64,000 nt of DNA from a marine group bacterium Sva0996 bin134 (GTDB lineage Bacteria > Actinomycetota > Acidimicrobiia > Acidimicrobiales > Bin134): positions 378 to 64,377 of the forward strand of contig MPNQ01000017.1 in assembly GCA_002239105.1 (NCBI GenBank), given 5' to 3'. The position numbers and the translations under genes were made by a program. Of this stretch, positions 35,459 through 44,413 are shown one piece after another; positions within the stretch are counted from its first letter, which is position 1; every line of letters starts with the position of its first letter. Under the pieces are notes generated by a model that did no database searches, was not told the origin of the DNA, and worked only from the letters and a program-made list of their open reading frames with translations.

Positions 35459-37858
35459 TTAGCTGGTTGGGGTGGTCTTTGGGGGGTCAATGATGCGGTA
35501 GCCGGCGCGGGGCTCGGTGATGATGTAGGCGGGGCGGCAGGCGTCGTCGCCGAGCTTTTGGCGGAGGCGCTTGATGGCGCTGCGCACTGGTCCTGTGGGG
35601 TTGTCGAGGGTCTTCTTCCAAACGCGGCGCATGAGCTGGTCGCTGCTGAGAGTGCGGCCAGGGTTGGCGGCGAGCTCGCATAGCAGCCGGTACTCGGTGC
35701 CGGTGAGGGCGACTGTACGGCCGGAAACGGTGACGGTCCGGGCTGCGTAGTCGACGGTGAGGTTGCCGAGGGAGAACGTCCGGGGCGCGGCGCTCTCGGC
35801 CAGGGCGCCCCGGTGCAGGGCGGCCCGGACCCTTGCGAGCAACTCGGTGGGCGAGAACGGCTTGGCGACATAGTCGGCCGCTCCGGCTTGCATGAGGCTC
35901 ACAACGGCCTCGTCGTGGCCGCGGTCGACAATGAAGACCACTGGCGTATCGGCTTCGGCGCCCATAGCCAGCATCAGCTGCACGCTGGCTGCGTCGGGGT
36001 GGGCGAAACCGGCCAGCACCAGGTCGGGTTCTTTGGCATCTGTGCCGACCAGCGCCTCTTGGACATCGCCCGCGAACGCGAGCTCGAAACCGGCCGGGGT
36101 CAGGGTGTCGTTGATGTAGCGCTGGGTCAGCGGGTCGACGTCGATCACAAGAATCGCGGTTTGGCGGCGGCGGGCGGGCTGGCCGTCGATGGGAGCGACA
36201 GCGGATTCGACAGGCTGGTCGAGTGGCAGCGTGAACGAGACCCGAGTCTCGCCGGCGGTGCCGCCGTCAGCCCAGATGCGTCCGCCGTGCGCCTCAACTA
36301 TCCCCTTGCAGATCGCAAGGCCCAGCGCCGACCGTCCTGCGTCGCTGGGTGCTGCGCCGTCGTGACCTGGGCCATTGCCGATCAGCCGGGTGCCGGCGTC
36401 GGACTGCCCGGCTAGCAGTGCGGCAAGCCGCAAGGCGGGCTCGGCGGGTCGGTGCGCCACCGTAACCTTCCCGAAAGAGCCGTCGGGTACCACGGCGACG
36501 CTCACTGGCACCGAGCCCTCGGAGGCCCACAAGGCGTCGGCAATTATGCTGCGCAGCACTCGGGCGATTTCGCGCCGGTCGGCGGCCACGAGCAATATGC
36601 CCGGATCGGCGTCGACGGCGACTGGCAGGCCGTCGGCGCTGCTGAGCACGGCCTCGGCCGTGTCGCGGGCTAGGCCAACCAGGTCGGTGGGCGCGGGGGT
36701 GAGGGGCAGGGTACCGGTGTGGATGCGCGCCAAGTCGCCCATCTCGGCGATCAGGCTGCGTATGCGGTCGGCTTCCTCGTCGATGACCTGGGCCAGCTGG
36801 GCGCATTCGGCGGGGTGCAGGTCGCTGTGGGAGGAGAGCAGCGTCGCCGCGGCGCCCTTGACCGACACCAGCGGCGAGCGGAGCTCGTCGCGGGCCAGAC
36901 CCAAGACGTCGGCGCGAAGCCGATCGAGCTCTTCAAGCGGGGTGAGGTCTTGCACGGTGATCACGGCCGAGGAGACATTTCCGTCGGCGTCCCGGATAGG
37001 TGTTGCGTTCACCAGCACCGCGATGGCGGGTCCGCCGGGCAGGCTCAGCACGATCCGCTCGGCCCGTATGGCCGCTCCGCCGCGCAAGAGTTCAGCGACC
37101 GGGTTGTCGGCGAGAGAGTCCTCCCGGCCATCGGCCCGGCGGACGACGAGCTCTTGGGGCAACTCCCTAGGGGGGTCGTGCTCGCCCCGCACTGCTGCGT
37201 TGATGCGCTGCAACTCTCGGTTCACCAGAATTGTGTCGCCGAGCTCGGCGTCGATCACGAGCACCCCGACCGGCGCCGTGTCGATCAGGGTCTCCAAGTC
37301 TGTCCGGGCCCGTCGCTCGTCGCGGTAGCGGCGGGCGTTAGCTATGGCCAGCGCCGCCTGGGTGGCGAACATGGCGAGCGTTTCCTCGTCCTCGCCGGTG
37401 AACAATTCCTGCGAGGCCAGTTTGGACAAATAGATGCTGCCGACAGCCTCGCCCCTGCTCAGGATGGGGGCCACCAGGGACGGCCCGGTCTCTACGGGCA
37501 GCCGGAAATCCTGCAGGCCCAGCGACGAGAAGTAGTCGCCGAGATCTCGGACCCGAAGCGGTTCTTCGAGTTGGTTGAGGTGTTCCATGTAGGCCATGCC
37601 CTGCGGCAGGTCGTATAGGCCCTGCACTTCGTCGGGCGAGAGCCCCGACGTCACGAACGCCTCCAAATCGCCGGTCTGGTCAAAGACTGTGATGGCCCCG
37701 AACCGGGCCCCGGTCAGCTCGCGGGCACTGTCGGCGACCACTTGCAGCACTTCGCCGAAATCGAGTCCCTCGGCGAGGTGCAGGCTCGCCTCGTTCAGCC
37801 TCCGCAGCCGCCTACGAAGCGCCGCCGCCTCGCCGCGCTGGGCCGTTTCAGGTGTCAT
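35459..37858 (-). CDS. Fused GAF-PAS-histidine-kinase-like-receiver-like-OmpR/PhoB winged-helix protein, with substituted phospho-acceptor residues.
   Basis: 799-aa ORF. GAF spans roughly aa 25-175 and PAS roughly aa 190-310. The H-box position reads RDELRSPL (Asp codon at 36887-36889). The ATPase-like region ends in ALGLAICKGIVEAHGGRIW. The receiver reads ILVIDVDP...PDLVLAGF (Gly codon at 36008-36010 where the acceptor Asp is expected)...YVAKPF. The wHTH reads LTGTEYRLLCELAANPGRTLSSDQLMRRVW...GYRI. Confidence 0.85.
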   Translation of the reverse strand: MTPETAQRGEAAALRRRLRRLNEASLHLAEGLDFGEVLQVVADSARELTGARFGAITVFDQTGDLEAFVTSGLSPDEVQGLYDLPQGMAYMEHLNQLEEPLRVRDLGDYFSSLGLQDFRLPVETGPSLVAPILSRGEAVGSIYLSKLASQELFTGEDEETLAMFATQAALAIANARRYRDERRARTDLETLIDTAPVGVLVIDAELGDTILVNRELQRINAAVRGEHDPPRELPQELVVRRADGREDSLADNPVAELLRGGAAIRAERIVLSLPGGPAIAVLVNATPIRDADGNVSSAVITVQDLTPLEELDRLRADVLGLARDELRSPLVSVKGAAATLLSSHSDLHPAECAQLAQVIDEEADRIRSLIAEMGDLARIHTGTLPLTPAPTDLVGLARDTAEAVLSSADGLPVAVDADPGILLVAADRREIARVLRSIIADALWASEGSVPVSVAVVPDGSFGKVTVAHRPAEPALRLAALLAGQSDAGTRLIGNGPGHDGAAPSDAGRSALGLAICKGIVEAHGGRIWADGGTAGETRVSFTLPLDQPVESAVAPIDGQPARRRQTAILVIDVDPLTQRYINDTLTPAGFELAFAGDVQEALVGTDAKEPDLVLAGFAHPDAASVQLMLAMGAEADTPVVFIVDRGHDEAVVSLMQAGAADYVAKPFSPTELLARVRAALHRGALAESAAPRTFSLGNLTVDYAARTVTVSGRTVALTGTEYRLLCELAANPGRTLSSDQLMRRVWKKTLDNPTGPVRSAIKRLRQKLGDDACRPAYIITEPRAGYRIIDPPKTTPTS

Positions 37859-37991
37859 GTGCCGTCTAGCCCCGGCCCGGCCAGTAATCGGTGGCAGCGT
37901 GGCGCTCAGTCGCCCACGTCAACTCTGCCAAGCGGACAGCCATACCGCGCCTAACCGTATCACACAACCTTCCATAACCAGCACATAGGGG

Positions 37992-38146
37992 TTGACATGT
38001 TTAGGGACCAATGAGCCGGCTATATGACATAGAATATAACAATATTAGGTTATGTCGTGACGACTAGCGCACAAGATGACATACCACTATCTAATAACGA
38101 CAATTATTGATCGCTATTTGACACTGTCATACAATGTCGAATGTCA
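37992..38146. promoter_or_regulatory. AT-rich divergent control region with an array of TGACAT/ATGTCA hexamers.
   Basis: G+C is about 33% over 38021-38120 (hand count) in a roughly two-thirds-GC window. TGACAT occurs at 37993, 38025 and 38077. ATGTCG/ATGTCA occurs at 38052, 38134 and 38141. The palindrome TGACAcTGTCA is at 38119-38129. Confidence 0.6.
38107..38135 (+). promoter_or_regulatory. Candidate sigma-70-type promoter for the PAS-LuxR gene (leaderless geometry).
   Basis: -35 TTGATC (38107-12), a 17-nt spacer containing the TGACACTGTCA palindrome, and -10 TACAAT (38130-35). The ATG at 38141 lies 6 nt downstream of the -10. Confidence 0.4.
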
Positions 38147-38806
38147 CAGCTTTCCGCTCTGCCGCGGAAGGCCGTCAACAACGTCTCCAAGCCCGGGAGG
38201 GCACCAGTGAGCGCCCCTGTGGCACACGACGACATCTTCACGCTGTTGCAGATTGCCCGCTTCGGGGCGTGTGCTACCCGAAGCGACGGCACAGTGGTCT
38301 TCTGGAACCGCCGAGCCGAGCAGATCTGCGGAGTGTCGTCCTCCGACGCCCTAGGCCGGCACTATCGGGAGCTCATTCCCCAACGCGCCCTTCGCCCGTC
38401 CGGCGCCCAGGAGGCCTTTGAGGCCGAAGAGGTTGCTGTGCAGCCCCCGGTCCTGGTCGCCCCCCAGGCTGGCGACGTACTCACCGTGTACATCTTCGAC
38501 GACCACCACTCCGGGCCCGCGCCGGGTCCCGGCCAGCCGGCGGCCCACCTGTCCGAAGCGGAATTGCCCACACACGACGGCGGACCGCCACCCCTGATCG
38601 GCCAGCCTGCCCCGCAGCTTCTCACCCGGCGCGAGGCCCAGGTTCTTGAGATGATGGCGGAGGGGACCCCCACCGACAAGATCGCCTCGGAGCTGGGCAT
38701 CAGCGTCCACACCGTCCGCAACCACGTGCGCAACCTGCGCCGCAAGCTCAATGCCAGATCCAAACCCGAAGCAGTGGCCAACGCCTTCCGCCAAGGCCTC
38801 CTCTAA
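38141..38806 (+). CDS. PAS-domain LuxR-family transcriptional regulator.
   Basis: N-terminal PAS-like GACATRSDGTVVFWNRRAEQICGVSSSDALGRHY. C-terminal LuxR HTH LTRREAQVLEMMAEGTPTDKIASELGISVHTVRNHVRNLRRKL. Confidence 0.85.
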   Translation: MSQLSALPRKAVNNVSKPGRAPVSAPVAHDDIFTLLQIARFGACATRSDGTVVFWNRRAEQICGVSSSDALGRHYRELIPQRALRPSGAQEAFEAEEVAVQPPVLVAPQAGDVLTVYIFDDHHSGPAPGPGQPAAHLSEAELPTHDGGPPPLIGQPAPQLLTRREAQVLEMMAEGTPTDKIASELGISVHTVRNHVRNLRRKLNARSKPEAVANAFRQGLL

Positions 38807-38846
38807 CCCCTGCCCGGGGCGCGCATGCGCCTAGCAGAACGCAGTA

Positions 38847-38886
38847 GGCGGCGCTCCCAAACGACTTGGACGCCGGGAGCGCCGCC
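38847..38886 (+). terminator. Stem-loop downstream of the LuxR-family gene (candidate terminator).
   Basis: Perfect 12-bp stem GGCGGCGCTCCC (38847-58) / GGGAGCGCCGCC (38875-86) with a 16-nt loop. Only a weak T-run follows (CTGTGCTATTT). Confidence 0.5.
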
Positions 38887-39090
38887 CTGTGCTATTTGGC
38901 CCGCATTTGGAGCCAACACGCAGTATAGACACAATGGTGTCACTCACTATTAGCTATATCTTCAGAACACTCTCAGGCCGGGCTCAAGAGCCGGCGTGGA
39001 CTACACCGGTTGTCGAGACCTACTGGTCAGGGGATTCGAAGGCGGTCACCAAGGGGCCATCCAACGGCTTGCCGGTAGCGTGTTGGGGCG

Positions 39091-40095
39091 ATGGACAGTG
39101 ATTTTGATTCGGCCCTGGCAGGGTTCATCCGGAGGCGTTTAGGAGAGGTAGGCGGACTTCGGGTAGAGGGCGATGCTCGGGCCACTGGGGGGCAGTCGCG
39201 GGAGAATTGGCCGTTCGACTTGTTTTGGGAAGATGGGGAGCAGTCGCATCACCGCCGCTTGTTCTTGCGGCGCGATCCGGTGGGCAGTGTGCTGGAGACC
39301 GACCGGCGGGTGGAGTACGAAGTGCTGCGGCGGCTGCACGACCAGCCGGTGCGGGCCCCCGAGGTGGTGTGGTTGGATGCCGATGGGTCGGAGCTGGGCC
39401 GTCCGGCGCTGGTCATGACCCGCTACGACGGGTTCAACGACCACTTCATTCTGCAAGGCGGCCACAGCCAGTTCGATGAGGACACCCGGGCGGGCATCGC
39501 CTCTCAGATGGTGGACTTGATGAACGAGATCCACGTCCTGGATTGGCGGGGCGCCGGGCTCCACGAAGTGCTGGTGGTGCCGGACGACCCGGCGACCGCG
39601 GCCATCGATGAATGGGCTGCGGTGATCGAACACCAGTCGCTGGAACCCCAACCGGTGCTGGCCATGATCGAGCAATGGTTGCGCCGCAACCGGCCGGCTC
39701 CCGGTGAGATCACCGTGGTTCACGGCGACATCAAGCCGGGCAATGTGCTGTTCGACGGCGACCGGGTGCACGTCTTGCTGGACTGGGAGACCGTCCACCT
39801 AGGCGATCCGACCGAAGACGTGGGGTGGGTGACCAATCCCCTACGCCGGGCAGAGCACCAGATTCCCGGGCGGTGGGAGGCAGACGACTTGGTGTCGGCC
39901 TATGAAGCCCGCACCGGGCAGACTGTGGATCGGGCCGCGCTGCGGTTCTGGCAGGTGCTGGCCAACTACAAGCTGGCGGCCATCGCCATGACCGGGGTGC
40001 GCAGCTTCTGCGACGGCCGCACCCAACGGGTGTGGTCAGGAGCCGGACTGCTGGGCAAAGTTCTGTTGGCCCAAACCGAGGGAGGGTTGCTGTGA
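39091..40095 (+). CDS. Phosphotransferase (APH/choline-kinase-like) family protein.
   Basis: VVHGDIKPGNVLFDGDRVHVLLDWETVHLGDPTEDVGW is the Brenner/APH catalytic-loop and DxD motif. Confidence 0.8.
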   Translation: MDSDFDSALAGFIRRRLGEVGGLRVEGDARATGGQSRENWPFDLFWEDGEQSHHRRLFLRRDPVGSVLETDRRVEYEVLRRLHDQPVRAPEVVWLDADGSELGRPALVMTRYDGFNDHFILQGGHSQFDEDTRAGIASQMVDLMNEIHVLDWRGAGLHEVLVVPDDPATAAIDEWAAVIEHQSLEPQPVLAMIEQWLRRNRPAPGEITVVHGDIKPGNVLFDGDRVHVLLDWETVHLGDPTEDVGWVTNPLRRAEHQIPGRWEADDLVSAYEARTGQTVDRAALRFWQVLANYKLAAIAMTGVRSFCDGRTQRVWSGAGLLGKVLLAQTEGGLL

Positions 40096-40460
40096 GACCC
40101 ACGCTGAGCGAGCAGATAGAGGGGGCCCGCAAGGTGCTGGTGGAGCTGGTGGCTCCTCAGGTGGCCGACCCTTATGCCCAAGAGCAGGTGACCTACGCGG
40201 CCGCTGCGCTGGAGCACGCCGCCGCCCGCTGGCCCCAAGTGCTGCCCGATTTGGTGGCCGACATCCGGGCATTGGAGGAGGTGCTGGGCGTCGAGGCCGC
40301 CGCGCTGGACGAAGCGGTGCCCGGGGTGCCCGACCTGGACGCCGCCGAGGATTACCACCGAGGGCTGCGAGCTCGCCTCACCGATGAGATCATGGCCGCA
40401 GCCGAGCCGTCCCCCGAGGTGCGGGCCTACCTGTCCGATTCCATTGAAAGGCTGAAGTAA
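40092..40460 (+). CDS. Hypothetical helical protein (122 aa), translationally coupled to the phosphotransferase gene.
   Basis: GTG at 40092 overlaps TGA 40093-95 (GTGA); it is in frame with listed ORF 40032..40460. Confidence 0.55.
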   Translation: MRPTLSEQIEGARKVLVELVAPQVADPYAQEQVTYAAAALEHAAARWPQVLPDLVADIRALEEVLGVEAAALDEAVPGVPDLDAAEDYHRGLRARLTDEIMAAAEPSPEVRAYLSDSIERLK

Positions 40461-40462
40461 CC

Positions 40463-41572
40463 ATGCTCGGACCCCTAGACGACACTTTGTGGCATCAGAT
40501 CGCCGAGCCGTTTGAGCACGTCGGCACCTCGGACCCTCGCTTTTTCGACCGCTACTGGTTCGCCATCTACGACCCGGCTGGTCAGGGAGCGATGCAATTC
40601 ACCATGGGGTCGTACAACAACATGAACGTGCTCGACGGGGGGGTGGTGATGGTGCGGGGCGGAACCCAGCACAATCTGCGGGCGTCTCGGGCCCTGCGCC
40701 CCCGCCTAGAGCCCGAGGTCGGACCGATGCGGGTGGAGCCGACGGTGCCGCTGGAGGAACTGCGAGTAATCCTGGCCCCCGGCGATCACTCCATCGCCTG
40801 CGATCTGGTGTGGCGGGCCGAGCTGGCTCCGGAGATCGAGAAGCCCCACGTTGAGCGGGAGCGGGGCCGGGTGGCCCAGGATTATCAGCGGTTCAACCAG
40901 GTCGGCGTGGTGGACGGCTGGATCACTGTGGGCGACGAGGGTCTGACGGTGGAGGGCTGGTGGGGCGGTCGGGACCACTCCTGGGGGGTACGTCCATCTA
41001 TGGGGATCCCTGAACCGGTCACCGGCCCACCCCGCCAGCACAGTGAGGTCGGAACGCTGTTCTACTTTCTGTTCTTCTCCACCAATCGGTGTGCCGGCCA
41101 TGTGCAGATCATGGAGCGAGGACCCGAGCGGGTGTACCTCACCGGGCTCATCCGAGATCGGGACGCCCCCGACGTCGACCGCCACGTCACCCAGGCCGAT
41201 TTGTCATTGGAGTTCTTCGACGGCACCCGGCGGTTCTCGTCAGCCGACATGGCCGTTACCCTCGACGACGGCCGCTCGCTGCGGCTGCATTCGGCTCCGC
41301 TGGGCTCGGCGGTGGCCATGGCCGGACTGGGCTACAGCGGGGGCTGGAACGACGAGCTCGGCTTAGGGGTTTACCGAGGCGAGTCGTACCTAGAGCACGA
41401 GATCTGGGACGTCAGCCACTCCGCCGACGTGGTGCCCGCATCGGGCGAGATGTTCACCCCGATGCACCGCATCGCCCCGGTCACCGTCACCACCGACGAC
41501 CGCGACGAGACCGGCACCGGCAGCCTCACCATGATCGCCAACGGCCGCCTCCCGCAGTATGGGTTGGATTGA
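40463..41572 (+). CDS. Conserved hypothetical protein (369 aa).
   Basis: The listed ORF starts 3 nt after the previous stop and has good GC3. I do not recognise a domain. Confidence 0.6.
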   Translation: MLGPLDDTLWHQIAEPFEHVGTSDPRFFDRYWFAIYDPAGQGAMQFTMGSYNNMNVLDGGVVMVRGGTQHNLRASRALRPRLEPEVGPMRVEPTVPLEELRVILAPGDHSIACDLVWRAELAPEIEKPHVERERGRVAQDYQRFNQVGVVDGWITVGDEGLTVEGWWGGRDHSWGVRPSMGIPEPVTGPPRQHSEVGTLFYFLFFSTNRCAGHVQIMERGPERVYLTGLIRDRDAPDVDRHVTQADLSLEFFDGTRRFSSADMAVTLDDGRSLRLHSAPLGSAVAMAGLGYSGGWNDELGLGVYRGESYLEHEIWDVSHSADVVPASGEMFTPMHRIAPVTVTTDDRDETGTGSLTMIANGRLPQYGLD

Positions 41573-41596
41573 GCAAACCCGGCCGAGCCGTAGCAG

Positions 41597-42427
41597 CTAG
41601 GGGGAGTCGGGGAGGTTGGTGAAGCCGCGGCCGTCGGCCCGGCGGTACCAGCCCTGGGCGGTCATGGTGCCGCCATCCACCGGGATGGTCTGGCCGGTGA
41701 TGAAGCGGGACTGGTCGGAGGCCAAGAACAGGGCCACCTCCGCGAAGTCGTCGGGGTTGCCGAAGCGGCACAGGGGGATCAATCGGCTCACTTGCTCGAG
41801 GGGGCGGCCCCGCAGCATCTGGTCGAGGGGGGTTTGCAGGGTCACGGCCATGTCCGGGGCGATGCAGTTGACCCGGATGTTCTGGTCGGCCATCTCCAGG
41901 GCGACCGATCGAGTGAAGGCGATGATGGCGGCGTTGGAGGCCGAGTACACCGCGATACGGGGCATGGCCCGCATGGCCTCCACGGTGGACACATTCACGA
42001 TTGTGCCGCCGCCTCCTTCCACCATGGTGGGCATGAACGCGTGGGTGCAGCGCAGCACATGGCGGAAGGTGATGTTGATCTGGGCATCCCAGTCGGCCTC
42101 GGTGGTGCGCATGAACTTGCCCGCGCCCGGTCGGTAGTCGCCCACGTTGTTCACCAGCACGTCCACTTGGCCGTCGCCGAACTCAACCGTGGCCCGGTGG
42201 AATTCGGCCACCACTTCGGCGTCGGTGATGTCGCCCACCACCGCGATGGCCCGTCCTCCGGCGTCGGTGATGTCGCCGACGGCGGCGTTGGCCAGGTCGG
42301 CGTCGATGTCGTTGACCACTACCGCGGCACCAGCTTCGGCGAACAAACGGGAGATTCCCCCCCCGATTCCCCCGCCCCCACCGGTAACGGCTGCGATCTT
42401 GTCTGCTAATGGCGTAGCGCTCGGCAT
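41597..42427 (-). CDS. SDR-family oxidoreductase.
   Basis: TGGGGGIGG near the N-terminus, a YSASNAA catalytic region, and the PG motif IAPD. Confidence 0.85.
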   Translation of the reverse strand: MPSATPLADKIAAVTGGGGGIGGGISRLFAEAGAAVVVNDIDADLANAAVGDITDAGGRAIAVVGDITDAEVVAEFHRATVEFGDGQVDVLVNNVGDYRPGAGKFMRTTEADWDAQINITFRHVLRCTHAFMPTMVEGGGGTIVNVSTVEAMRAMPRIAVYSASNAAIIAFTRSVALEMADQNIRVNCIAPDMAVTLQTPLDQMLRGRPLEQVSRLIPLCRFGNPDDFAEVALFLASDQSRFITGQTIPVDGGTMTAQGWYRRADGRGFTNLPDSP

Positions 42428-42529
42428 CCGAGGTTTTTAGCGCATCCCGTCTGCTTCCGCTCCTATCGAGGAGGCGATTGCCCCGGCCTGACATCGATGC
42501 CGGAGAGCGGGGTTTGCCAAGATGTCGCC

Positions 42530-43342
42530 ATGAGCATGCGCTTGGAAAGAAGGGTGGCCATCGTCACCGGCGGGGCCAACGGTCTGGGAGAGGCAATCAG
42601 CCGCAAATTCGCCGCCGAGGGGGCGGTGGTGGTGATCGCCGATGTGGATGAGGTGGCCATGGAGCACGTGGCCGACGAGCTAGGGGTGGAAGCTCAGGGT
42701 TGCGACGTGTCCGATCGGGATTCGGTGCAGGCCCTGGTGGACGGGGCCGTCGAGCGCCACGGGCGCCTGGACATCATGGTGGCCAACGCGGGCATCGCCA
42801 ATTCCCCTTCGTATCTGGATATTGACGACGAGTTTTGGGGCCGGATGCTCGAGGTGAACCTGACTGGGGTGTTTCTGTGCAACCAGATCGCGGCCCGCCA
42901 CATGGTGGCGCGAGGCGGAGGCGGTGTGCTGCTGAACACCTCCTCCATTCTTGGGGCGGAAGGCCATCCCCAGACCCCGGCCTACGCCGCATCCAAAGCC
43001 GGGGTGATCTCGCTGACCCGCAGCGGGGCAATGGCCCTGGGGCAGTTCGGCATCCGGGTGAACGCAGTGGGGCCGGGCTACATGAAGACCCGCATGACCG
43101 AGGGGTTGCGAGCAGTGCCCGAACTCGAGAAGGGGATGGCCGAGATGATTCCGCTCAACCACTTTGGCGAGCCTGGCGACATCGCCGACGCCGCGGTTTT
43201 CCTAGCTAGCGACGAGGCCTCATACATCACCGGCCACACCCTTTTTGTGGACGGTGGTTGGCTGACCCACCACCTGCCCGCCCGCACCGAGGAGCAGGAG
43301 GACATCCGAATCCGCGCCCAGGCCGAGGCTGAAGCCCGCTAA
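42530..43342 (+). CDS. SDR-family oxidoreductase.
   Basis: VAIVTGGANGLG, NAG, YAASKAGV. ATG 42530 was chosen within listed ORF 42497... Confidence 0.85.
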   Translation: MSMRLERRVAIVTGGANGLGEAISRKFAAEGAVVVIADVDEVAMEHVADELGVEAQGCDVSDRDSVQALVDGAVERHGRLDIMVANAGIANSPSYLDIDDEFWGRMLEVNLTGVFLCNQIAARHMVARGGGGVLLNTSSILGAEGHPQTPAYAASKAGVISLTRSGAMALGQFGIRVNAVGPGYMKTRMTEGLRAVPELEKGMAEMIPLNHFGEPGDIADAAVFLASDEASYITGHTLFVDGGWLTHHLPARTEEQEDIRIRAQAEAEAR

Positions 43343-43432
43343 CGCGACTCGGAGTGCCCCCGTTCCGCGACACCGGTAGTACCAACTGGGCCGCCGGTGT
43401 CCTGTCCATCTGATCGGCTGGGCCGAGGAAGG

Positions 43433-44413
43433 TTACTGGCGCCTACGGCGAGCCCGGTCTAGATCTTGGTCGGCCAGCTCTTCGGCCAGCTCCAAGTAGC
43501 GTCGCAGGCGGCCCGCATCCACGTTGCCCGCCACCGCGCAGCCGGGCTGGCCTTGGTGCCAGCAGTCCTCCGCAAAGCGGCACTCGTGGTCGAGGGCGTC
43601 GATCTCGGCGTAGGCCGCGGCCAACCCCTCCCACGCATCCCACGGCCCCACGGCTCGGATGCCGGGGGTGTCCACTATCGAACCCCCGCTAGGGAGCGCG
43701 ATGAGCCGCCGGGCGATGGTGGTGTGCCGGCCTCGGGCGTCTCCGGCCCGCACCTCCTGGGTGGCCTGGACTTCGGTCCCCATCAATGTGTTGATGAGCG
43801 TGGACTTGCCCACTCCCGACGGCCCCAACAGCGCCAGAGTGCGTCCTCCCTCTAGCAAGGCGGTCAGGTTGTCAAGCCCCTCGCCCCGCAGCGCCGCGGT
43901 GACCACCACCGTCGCCCCTGGGGCCATAATGGCGGCCTTTTCAGCATCCCGCTCAGGATGGCGGCGAAGATCGGATTTGGCCAGGATCACCGCCACCGCC
44001 GCGCCCGACTGCCAGCCCACCACGCAGAAGCGCTCTAGTTGAGCCGGGTTGATGCGCCGGTCGAGGCCGTGCACCACCCCCACCACATCGGCGTTGGCCA
44101 CCAGTGTCTGGGCCCGGGCCTGCTCAGCCGGGTCCCGCCGTACCACCAGCGTGCGTCGCTCCAGCACCTGTTCCACCGTGAGGATGTCATCGGGGCCGGG
44201 AGCGACGGTGATCCAGTCGCCGGTCACGGGGGCCACATCGCCTTGGGCTCGCTGGGAGTCAGACGTGACCCGGATCTGACCCTCGTCGGTCATCACCTCG
44301 CACTCGCCCCGGTCCACCTGCACCACCCGTCCCAAAAGTCCCGCCTGACTCTGAGCCAGCTCTCGCCAATGCTGGTTGACGCCCAAGGCCTCCAGTGGCG
44401 TCATTGGATGCAA
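43433..44413 (-). CDS. rsgA: Ribosome small-subunit-dependent GTPase A.
   Basis: LLGPSGVGKSTLINTL, DTPG, and the zinc motif CRFAEDCWHQGQPGC. Confidence 0.9.
   Translation of the reverse strand: MHPMTPLEALGVNQHWRELAQSQAGLLGRVVQVDRGECEVMTDEGQIRVTSDSQRAQGDVAPVTGDWITVAPGPDDILTVEQVLERRTLVVRRDPAEQARAQTLVANADVVGVVHGLDRRINPAQLERFCVVGWQSGAAVAVILAKSDLRRHPERDAEKAAIMAPGATVVVTAALRGEGLDNLTALLEGGRTLALLGPSGVGKSTLINTLMGTEVQATQEVRAGDARGRHTTIARRLIALPSGGSIVDTPGIRAVGPWDAWEGLAAAYAEIDALDHECRFAEDCWHQGQPGCAVAGNVDAGRLRRYLELAEELADQDLDRARRRRQ

Noticed and set aside
35430-39090. tRNA-Ala-linked integrated island comprising the sensor fusion and the LuxR gene.
   Set aside because: There is no integrase or recombinase. 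I found no direct repeat of the tRNA 3' end. The coding GC is like the rest of the window, and only the intergenic region is AT-rich.
38889-39101. 70-aa plus-strand ORF in the leader of the phosphotransferase gene.
   Set aside because: It has AT-rich third positions unlike every confident gene here, no ribosome-binding site and no recognisable motif. It also overlaps the ATG of the next gene.
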